Assembly: GCA_963558405.1 (NCBI GenBank)
Contig: CAUWGC010000021.1
Span: 1-24,731 of the forward strand
DNA: 24,731 bases
Reading direction: 5' to 3'
Source: an uncultured Clostridia bacterium
Lineage (GTDB): Bacteria; Bacillota; Clostridia; TANB77; CAG-508
Shown: in pieces, positions 17,677 through 24,731 of the stretch
How positions within the stretch are numbered: the first letter of the stretch is position 1
How the letters are laid out: every line of letters begins with the position of its first letter
Position numbers and translations under genes: made by a program
Notes under the pieces: model-generated
Told to the model about the DNA's origin: nothing
The model's input: only the letters and a program-made list of their open reading frames with translations
Databases searched by the model: none

Positions 17677-17773
17677 ATAAAACAAAATTAACCTCCTTTA
17701 ATAAAATGTTGTTTACGAATGTCTTTTTAATTTCACTATAATATATTACAACAAATTTAATAATGTGACAATA

Positions 17774-17813
17774 TGTTACAAGAAAAAAATCCACATCATT
17801 TTTTCTTGTAACA
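17774..17813. repeat. Perfect 15-bp inverted repeat between the divergent glmS and uvrC
   Basis: tgttacaagaaaaaa-N10-ttttttcttgtaaca. Confidence 0.7.
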
Positions 17814-17853
17814 GTTAATCCAAAATGTTATAATTGAAAAAGGAGGGGATTTT

Positions 17854-19647
17854 GTGTTTGATATTGAAGAAGAATTAAAAAAATTACCCAATAAACCAGG
17901 TGTATATATTATGCATGATAAAGATGATAACATAATATACGTTGGAAAAGCTGTTGTTTTAAAAAATAGAGTAAGACAATATTTTAGAAAAAACAACAAA
18001 ACAGCTCGTATACAAAAAATGGTTTCATTAATTGACCATTTTGAATATATTGTTACAGATAACGAAGCAGAAGCTCTTATATTAGAATGTAATTTAATAA
18101 AAAAGAATAGACCAAAGTTTAATGTATTATTAAAAGATGATAAAACATATCCATATATAAAAATAGATGTAAAATCAGATTATCCCAATATATATACTAC
18201 AAGAAGAATAGTAAATGATGGAGCAAAGTATTTTGGACCATATGCTAATAGTGGTAGTGCAAAGGAAATGGTAAATTTTATTAGAGAAAAGTTTAAAGTT
18301 AGACAATGCAAAAATTTTAAATCAACTGTAAGGGCTTGTTTAAATTATCATATTAAACGTTGTCCAGCTCCTTGTGTTGGATATATAACAAAAGAAGAAT
18401 ACCAAGAACAAATAAAGCAGATTATAGATTTACTAGAAGGTAAAACAGAGGAAATATTAAAAAAATTAAAACAAGAAATGTATGAAGCATCTCAAAAGCA
18501 AAATTATGAGCAAGCAGCATACTTAAGAGATAAAATAACAGCAATTCAAAATGTATCAGAAAAACAAAAAGTATCTAATATTTCTGAAAATGATATAGAT
18601 GTAATAGGTTTATATAAAAATGAACTAAAAATATGTATAGAAATATTCTTTGTACGTTCTAGTAAAATGATTGGAAGAGAACATTACTTTTTAGAAAATA
18701 TGCAAGATGAGGAAGATAAAGAAGTATTAGCCGAGTTTATAAAACAATATTATATGGATAGACCTAATATTCCAAACAAGATAATGCTAAGGGAAGAATT
18801 AGAGGAAAAAGAATTAATAGAAGAATGGTTAGGTAAAATTGCACAAAGAAAAGTAGAATTACGTTCACCAAAAAAAGGAGAAAAATTACGTTTTGTAGAG
18901 ATGGCAGAACAAAACGCCAAAATAACATTAGAAAATAGTTATCAAGAAAAATATAATATAGTAAAAGAATTAAAAGAAGTATTAAAAATGGAAAAACTGC
19001 CAAGAAAAATAGAAACATACGATATATCAAATATATCTGGAACAAATATGGTAGCTGGAATGTGTGTAATGCAAGATGGTGTAATAAAAAAGAATTTATC
19101 AAGAAGATTTAAAATAAAAACAGTATTAGGACAAGATGATCCAAGGTGTATGGAAGAAGTTGTAAAAAGAAGGTTAAAACATTCTATAGAAAATCCAAAA
19201 GGTGCTTTTGGAGAACTGCCAGATACTATATTTGTAGATGGAGGAATTACAGAACTAAGAGCAGTAAAAAGGGCTTTACAAGAGTATAACTTAAACATAC
19301 CTGTATTTGGAATGGTAAAAAATGATAAACACACAACAAGAGCATTAATAGACGAAAATAGGAATGAACTTCCTTTATCAGAAAATTTAAAAAATCAAAT
19401 AACACTATTTCAAGATACTGTACACAATACAGCAATAGAATATCATAAAAAGTTAAGAGATAAAGAAATAACAAAATCAGCACTAGATGAAATAGAAGGA
19501 ATAGGAGAAGTAAAAAAACAAGCTTTATTAAAAGAATTTGGAAGTGTAGAAAAAATAAAACATGCAACAGTAGAAGAACTAACAAAAATAAAAGGTATTA
19601 ATGAGAATTTGGCAACAAAAATAAAAGAAGAACTAGAAAATGGTTAA
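17854..19647 (+). CDS. uvrC: Excinuclease ABC subunit C
   Basis: GIY-YIG N-terminus (PGVYIM...IIYVGKA), Cys cluster, RKIETYDISN, C-terminal HhH. Confidence 0.96.
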   Translation: MFDIEEELKKLPNKPGVYIMHDKDDNIIYVGKAVVLKNRVRQYFRKNNKTARIQKMVSLIDHFEYIVTDNEAEALILECNLIKKNRPKFNVLLKDDKTYPYIKIDVKSDYPNIYTTRRIVNDGAKYFGPYANSGSAKEMVNFIREKFKVRQCKNFKSTVRACLNYHIKRCPAPCVGYITKEEYQEQIKQIIDLLEGKTEEILKKLKQEMYEASQKQNYEQAAYLRDKITAIQNVSEKQKVSNISENDIDVIGLYKNELKICIEIFFVRSSKMIGREHYFLENMQDEEDKEVLAEFIKQYYMDRPNIPNKIMLREELEEKELIEEWLGKIAQRKVELRSPKKGEKLRFVEMAEQNAKITLENSYQEKYNIVKELKEVLKMEKLPRKIETYDISNISGTNMVAGMCVMQDGVIKKNLSRRFKIKTVLGQDDPRCMEEVVKRRLKHSIENPKGAFGELPDTIFVDGGITELRAVKRALQEYNLNIPVFGMVKNDKHTTRALIDENRNELPLSENLKNQITLFQDTVHNTAIEYHKKLRDKEITKSALDEIEGIGEVKKQALLKEFGSVEKIKHATVEELTKIKGINENLATKIKEELENG

Positions 19648-19751
19648 AATAAGTAAAAATAACGCTAAATAAGACGAACGATTTTTAACATAAAACTAAT
19701 CCTAAAAGCATATATATGTACTATAGAAAATAAAAAGGGGGATTTTAGGGT

Positions 19752-19958
19752 ATGGAGCATGCAAAGGATGAAATTTTTGAGGTACGTTATTATGAGGAGG
19801 AAAATCGTTTAGAGGTGCAAAAAAGAAAAATAAGTAAAATACAACGTTTTTTAAGACAAAACAAAGCATTTTCAGGGATTATATTTTTAACTATTCTTAT
19901 GGGATTTGTAAATACAGTACTTATATCTAATTTTGTTATGTTATTAAGCAGAATGTAA
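19752..19958 (+). CDS. Small membrane protein of unknown function
   Basis: 68 aa with C-terminal hydrophobic helix, followed by a terminator. Confidence 0.6.
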   Translation: MEHAKDEIFEVRYYEEENRLEVQKRKISKIQRFLRQNKAFSGIIFLTILMGFVNTVLISNFVMLLSRM

Positions 19959-19968
19959 TATATTTATT

Positions 19969-20006
19969 AAAAGAGCAAGTGATAGGAAATATACACTTGC
20001 TTTTTT
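19969..20006 (+). terminator. Intrinsic terminator
   Basis: agcaagtg...cacttgct followed by a T run. Confidence 0.65.
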
Positions 20007-20047
20007 ATTTATAACAATAAAAATTTTCAAAAAAGCAAAAAAACTTA

Positions 20048-20086
20048 AAACTTTTGTTTGACAATTAAACATTTGTGTGATAATAT
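20048..20086 (+). promoter_or_regulatory. lexA sigmaA promoter with overlapping SOS-box-like site
   Basis: TTGACA(20058)-N17-TAATAT with TG extension; AAAC-N4-GTTT at 20048-20059. Confidence 0.6.
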
Positions 20087-20120
20087 GTTGTCAAATAAAG
20101 AAATTAGGAGTGGTGTTATT

Positions 20121-20774
20121 TTGAGAAAAAAAGATCCAAATGTGCTTAGTAAAAGAGAAAAAGCGATTTTACGTTTTATAGAAAAACAAGTTAAAGAAAA
20201 TTCTTATCCACCTTCTGTAAGGGAAATCGGAAAGGCTGTTGGTTTAAGTTCAACAGCTACAGTGCATGGATATTTAGCAAAGTTAGAGGAAAAAGGATAT
20301 ATTAAAAAAGAAAATCAAAAAGGAAGAACTTTAAAATTATTAAAAGGAGAAAACGGTAAAACACCAGAAAAAGAAGGAAAAGATTTTTATACAGGTAAGG
20401 AATTAGTAGAAGTACCAGTTATTGGTAAAATAACAGCTGGTGCACCTATTTTAGCGGTGGAAAATGTAACAGATACTTTCCCAATTCCTGTTGATTTTGT
20501 AGGAAATAGTGAATGTTTTATGCTAACTGTACGTGGAGAAAGTATGATAGAAGCAGGTATTTTAAATGGTGACTATATTTTAGTAAAAAAACAAAATGTA
20601 GCAAATAACGGAGAAATAGTTGTTGCATTAATTGAAGATGAAGCAACAGTTAAAACATTTTATAAAGAAAAAGACCATATACGTTTACAACCAGAAAATA
20701 GTACTATGGACCCTATAATTGTACCAAACTGTGATATATTAGGAAAAGTAGTTGGTGTATTCAGAAAAATGTAA
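20121..20774 (+). CDS. lexA: SOS repressor LexA
   Basis: [15 protein letters not shown] cleavage site, GESM, EATVK; start moved to TTG 20121 after AGGAG. Confidence 0.96.
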   Translation: MRKKDPNVLSKREKAILRFIEKQVKENSYPPSVREIGKAVGLSSTATVHGYLAKLEEKGYIKKENQKGRTLKLLKGENGKTPEKEGKDFYTGKELVEVPVIGKITAGAPILAVENVTDTFPIPVDFVGNSECFMLTVRGESMIEAGILNGDYILVKKQNVANNGEIVVALIEDEATVKTFYKEKDHIRLQPENSTMDPIIVPNCDILGKVVGVFRKM

Positions 20775-20840
20775 CTATTTACAAATTATGTACACTTGTA
20801 GTATAATATTGATAGATTACCAAGAAATGGAGATATATTT

Positions 20841-21326
20841 ATGAATAAAACATTAAAACTTTTTTTACAATTTGGAGCAATTTTTATTATACTATATTTT
20901 TTCTTAGATTTTTTAACATTTGCATATGTAAAATCAACGTATAGGCCGATTAATGATTATGAAATAGAGATTAATTCTCCTAAAATAGAGATAACAGAAG
21001 CTAAAGCTACATATATTAATGGTTTTGTAAAAGGAAAAGTAACTAATAACACAGGGGAAGATATTGATAACTTATATGTTAAAATAAATTTTTATTCCGA
21101 AAGAAATGTTGATTTAGGTACAAGATTTGCAAAAATAGAAAATTTAAAACAAGGAGAAACTAAAGATTTTGAAGTAAAATTCAAATTTCAAGAAGTAAAA
21201 AACTTTAAAGTAAATGTAACAAAAGAAGCAGTAATAAATGATGATGAAGGAACCCATATGTTTGATGGATTTACAGGAATTGCCGTTATATTTGCTAGCT
21301 TGATTTTTATAAGATACTTTTTATAA
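20841..21326 (+). CDS. Membrane-anchored FxLYD-like domain protein
   Basis: N- and C-terminal TM segments; GKVTNNTG...VKINFYS...IENLKQGETKDF. Confidence 0.6.
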   Translation: MNKTLKLFLQFGAIFIILYFFLDFLTFAYVKSTYRPINDYEIEINSPKIEITEAKATYINGFVKGKVTNNTGEDIDNLYVKINFYSERNVDLGTRFAKIENLKQGETKDFEVKFKFQEVKNFKVNVTKEAVINDDEGTHMFDGFTGIAVIFASLIFIRYFL

Positions 21327-21395
21327 AGACAAAAGTATGTCAAAAGGGACTTAGTATATAGACATTATTAAAGTAGTAAAACTTGTTTGAGAATG

Positions 21396-21428
21396 AAGAT
21401 AGACTATTAAAAGTAGCCTGTCTTTTTT
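21396..21428 (+). terminator. Intrinsic terminator
   Basis: aagatagactat-taaaa-gtagcctgtctttttt. Confidence 0.55.
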
Positions 21429-21525
21429 CATATTATAAAATTTTATAATGTTAAAAAATGTATTCAAAAAAAGGCAATTTCATGCTATACTATAAATAGT
21501 ATAAAAGAGAAAGAGGTGTATAAAT

Positions 21526-21765
21526 ATGCAACTATTAACAAATATTCAAGAAATAGAAAAAGCAGTTAATCAATATGGAGAAATAGTAATAAGTAAAAAT
21601 AGTAAAAATGATGTTATTGTTATGAGTATGGAAGAATATAACCAAAAAAGAATTAGAGAAGATATAATAAAAAAATTAAAACAATCAGAAAAAGAAATTG
21701 AAAAAGGTGAAGGCATAGAGTCAGATGTAATGTTCAGGGAGTTGAGAGAAAAATATGGATATTAG
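21526..21765 (+). CDS. Phd/YefM family antitoxin
   Basis: EIVISKN...VIVMSMEEY; overlaps the downstream toxin gene. Confidence 0.8.
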   Translation: MQLLTNIQEIEKAVNQYGEIVISKNSKNDVIVMSMEEYNQKRIREDIIKKLKQSEKEIEKGEGIESDVMFRELREKYGY

Positions 21766-22078
21766 CAAATATAAGGTGATAGTAACTCCTACAGCATATA
21801 AAGAAATGAACAAAATATATGATTACATAAGCGATAATTTATATGCTAAAAATGCAGCAAAAAGTTTAATGAATAAAATTGAAGAAGAAGTACAAAGATT
21901 AAAATACGCACCTAAATTATATCCAGAAATAAATAAAATTGATGAATTAAAAAGAACATATAGAAGAATAGTTATAAAAAATTATGTAGTATTATATACC
22001 ATAGATGATAATAATTGTAATGTTTATATTTCACATATATATTATAGTGGTAGAAATTATATGGAATGTGAATTATAG
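21755..22078 (+). CDS. RelE/ParE family toxin
   Basis: YKVIVTPTAYKEM...IYDYI...YRRIVIKNYVVLY. Confidence 0.85.
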   Translation: MDISKYKVIVTPTAYKEMNKIYDYISDNLYAKNAAKSLMNKIEEEVQRLKYAPKLYPEINKIDELKRTYRRIVIKNYVVLYTIDDNNCNVYISHIYYSGRNYMECEL

Positions 22079-22110
22079 TAATGAAATTAATATTTTTTTA
22101 AAAAAAAACA

Positions 22111-22156
22111 TTGCTATTTTGAATTTGTTGTAATATAATTGTAACAAAAATGTAAT
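22111..22156 (+). promoter_or_regulatory. sigmaA promoter overlapped by three TGTAAH hexamers at 11-bp spacing (WalR-box-like)
   Basis: TTGCTA-N17-TATAAT; TGTAAT-N5-TGTAAC-N5-TGTAAT at 22129-22156. Confidence 0.6.
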
Positions 22157-22187
22157 AATATAATTAGTAATAAATTTTGGAAGGAAG

Positions 22188-23198
22188 ATGTGCATGTTTG
22201 GCTTTGGTCAGGATATAGGAATAGATTTGGGAACAGCAACTGTTATTGCTTATGTTAAAGGAAAAGGTATTGTTCTTCGTGAGCCTTCTGTTGTTGCAGT
22301 TGATAATACTACAGGAAATGTTTTAGCAGTTGGACAAGAGGCTAGAAGAATGCTTGGTAGAACACCTGGAAATATAGTTGCAACAAGACCTTTAAGAGAG
22401 GGTGTAATTTCTGATTATACTGTTACAGAGAAAATGCTAAAATATTTTATAAATAAAGTATGTGGAAAATTTATTTTTTCTCCTAGAATTATGATATGCA
22501 TTCCTTCACAAGTAACAGAAGTAGAAAAAAAGGCTGTTATAGATGCTGCTACACAAGCAGGAGCTAGAAGGGTATATTTAATAGAAGAACCAATTGCTGC
22601 TGCTATTGGTGCAGGAATTGATATTTCTAAACCATGTGGAAATATGGTGGTAGATATTGGTGGAGGAACAACAGATGTAGCTGTTATTTCTTTAGGTGGA
22701 AGTGTTGTTAGTACTTCTTTAAAAGTTGCTGGAGATAAATTTGATGAGGCAATTGTTAGATATATTAAGAAAAAACATAATATGATGATAGGTGAAAGAA
22801 CTGCAGAAGATTTAAAAGTAAACATTGGTTGTGTTTATCCTAAAATTCAAGATATGGAAATGGATATAAGAGGAAGAGATTTAATTACAGGTCTTCCAAA
22901 AACTATAACTGTATATTCTAGTGAAATGATGGAAGCTTTACTAGAACCTGCTATGCTAATTGTTGATGCTGTTCATTCTGTTTTGGAAAAAACACCACCA
23001 GAGCTTGCCGCAGATATTAGTGATAAAGGTATTTACATGACAGGTGGAGGATGCTTAGTAGATGGTCTTGATAAGCTTTTACAAGAAAAAACAGGAATAA
23101 ATGTTATGATAGCACAAGACGCAGTGTCTTGTGTGGCATTAGGAACTGGAAAAGCATTAGATAATTTAGATTCTTTGGAAAATAAAAGAAGAAGATAA
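22188..23198 (+). CDS. mreB: MreB/Mbl family rod shape-determining protein
   Basis: DIGIDLGTA, EPSVVA, VVDIGGGTTD, MTGGG; paralog identity (mreB vs mbl) uncertain. Confidence 0.9.
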   Translation: MCMFGFGQDIGIDLGTATVIAYVKGKGIVLREPSVVAVDNTTGNVLAVGQEARRMLGRTPGNIVATRPLREGVISDYTVTEKMLKYFINKVCGKFIFSPRIMICIPSQVTEVEKKAVIDAATQAGARRVYLIEEPIAAAIGAGIDISKPCGNMVVDIGGGTTDVAVISLGGSVVSTSLKVAGDKFDEAIVRYIKKKHNMMIGERTAEDLKVNIGCVYPKIQDMEMDIRGRDLITGLPKTITVYSSEMMEALLEPAMLIVDAVHSVLEKTPPELAADISDKGIYMTGGGCLVDGLDKLLQEKTGINVMIAQDAVSCVALGTGKALDNLDSLENKRRR

Positions 23199-23201
23199 AA
23201 C

Positions 23202-23229
23202 AAAAAAGAGCTTGTAGGCTCTTTTTTTT
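23202..23229 (+). terminator. Intrinsic terminator
   Basis: aaaaaagagct-tgta-ggctctttttttt. Confidence 0.7.
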
Positions 23230-23280
23230 GAAAAAAATTCATGTTACAATATAATACAAATAATAAAAGGAAGATGAAAA

Positions 23281-24588
23281 ATGGATAAAAAATTAAAAGT
23301 AGCTTTTTATACATTAGGTTGCAAAGTAAATCAATATGAAACAAATGCAATGGCACAAAAGTTTTTAGAAAATGGATATGATGTAGTTTCTTTTGAAGAA
23401 AATGCAGACATATATATAATAAATACTTGTACAGTAACTAACATGTCAGATAAAAAATCAAGGGAAATTTTAAGAAGAGCAAAAAAGCAAAATAAAGATA
23501 GTATATTAGTTGCTGTAGGATGCTATGCACAGGTAAATAAAGAAAAATTAGAAGAGATAAAAGAAATAGATCTTATTTTAGGTACTAATGAAAAAAATGA
23601 TATAGTGAATTTTATAGAAAAATATATTAAAGATAGAACAAAAGAAGAAGTTGTTACAGATGTAATGAAACAAATTAATTTTAAAGATTTTGGAACAATT
23701 ACATATACAGATAAAAATAGAGCTGCTATAAAAGTACAAGATGGTTGTGACCGCTTTTGTTCATATTGTATAATACCATATGCTAGAGGAAGAGTAAGAA
23801 GCAGGAAAATAGAAAGTGTTGTAAAAGAAGCAGAAGAAATTAGTAAAAGAGGAATTAAAGAAATAGTAATTACAGGAATACATATAGCTTCTTATGGTAA
23901 AGATTTTAAAGAAGATATTACACTTATAGACTTATTGGAAGCTTTAAATAAAATACCAACTATAGAAAGAATTAGATTAGGCTCTTTAGAACCTAAATTA
24001 ATGACAGAGGAATTTATTAAAAGACTTGTAAAATTGGAAAAAGTATGTGATCATTTTCATTTATCATTGCAAAGTGGATGTAATAGTACATTAAAAAGAA
24101 TGAACAGAAGATATACAACCGAAGAATTTTATGATGTAGTAACACTTTTAAGAAAATCTTATCCAAATGTGGCGTTAACAACAGATATTATTGTAGGATT
24201 TCCAGGGGAAACAGATGAAGAGTTTGAAGAAACATATAAATTTTTAGAAAAAGTAGATTTTTATAAAATGCATGTTTTTAAATATTCTCCAAGAAGCGGA
24301 ACAAAAGCAGCAGAAATGGAAAATCAAGTAGATGGAAATAAAAAAGAAGAAAGAAGTAATAGATTATTGGAGTTATCTGATAAAAATGGAATAAATCAGA
24401 ACAAACAATATATAGGTAAAATAGTTGATGTGTTATGGGAAGAAAAAAAGGGTGAATGGATGATAGGACATACAACAAACTATATAGAAGTAAAAGCAAA
24501 GTCTAACAACAATTTAGAAAATGAAATTTCAAAAGTAAAAATAGATAATACAGATAATTTAGAATTAATGGGAAATATTGTAAAATAG
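23281..24588 (+). CDS. mtaB: tRNA t6A37 methylthiotransferase
   Basis: TLGCKVNQYE, NTCTVT, radical SAM CDRFCSYC, HVFKYSPRSGT. Confidence 0.94.
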   Translation: MDKKLKVAFYTLGCKVNQYETNAMAQKFLENGYDVVSFEENADIYIINTCTVTNMSDKKSREILRRAKKQNKDSILVAVGCYAQVNKEKLEEIKEIDLILGTNEKNDIVNFIEKYIKDRTKEEVVTDVMKQINFKDFGTITYTDKNRAAIKVQDGCDRFCSYCIIPYARGRVRSRKIESVVKEAEEISKRGIKEIVITGIHIASYGKDFKEDITLIDLLEALNKIPTIERIRLGSLEPKLMTEEFIKRLVKLEKVCDHFHLSLQSGCNSTLKRMNRRYTTEEFYDVVTLLRKSYPNVALTTDIIVGFPGETDEEFEETYKFLEKVDFYKMHVFKYSPRSGTKAAEMENQVDGNKKEERSNRLLELSDKNGINQNKQYIGKIVDVLWEEKKGEWMIGHTTNYIEVKAKSNNNLENEISKVKIDNTDNLELMGNIVK

Positions 24589-24731
24589 AAAAACACGTAA
24601 TAAAGCTGTAATAAAATTGTAATAAAAAAAAATCTTAAATTAGCTTGATAAATTAAAAAAAATGTAGTATAAGTATTATCTCGAGTTTGACAGTTTGAAA
24701 ATAAAAAAATCTTGAAACTGATTGATATTAG

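Noticed and set aside
20058-20120. N-terminal extension of LexA in the ORF track
   Set aside because: The TTG at 20058 is the -35 box; the RBS supports a start at 20121.
5612-24499. Antisense or alternate-frame ORFs inside the recombinase, sipL, yunB, lepA, glmS, uvrC, mreB and mtaB genes
   Set aside because: Typical shadow ORFs of AT-rich genes, low-complexity translations.

Overview
Low-GC Firmicutes (Clostridia-like) chromosome window. Positions ~6.8-24.7 kb are mostly core and sporulation genes: yabG, veg, sipL-like SPOCS/LysM, yunB, lepA, rlmB, a cation/Ca2+ antiporter, yaaL, bofA, glmS with a glmS ribozyme, uvrC, lexA, an mreB/mbl-family gene and mtaB, with two small RelE/ParE toxin-antitoxin modules inserted among them. 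Positions 1-~6.63 kb look like the right part of an integrated accessory element. It carries an ASCH-GNAT fusion, a second ASCH gene, a tandem RHH protein, a Zn-finger protein and an HTH protein around face-to-face promoters, a 55-aa ORF missed by the ORF track, a PIN TA pair and a large serine recombinase. The main observation is that the recombinase runs directly into the 3' half of spoIIID (TVHKDVSERL...NKAERHIRGG), whose 5' half is not seen in the window. This suggests a skin-like element interrupting spoIIID. The 55-aa ORF has a sigmaE-like promoter and is a candidate recombination directionality factor. All calls are from reading the sequence by eye; no searches were run.
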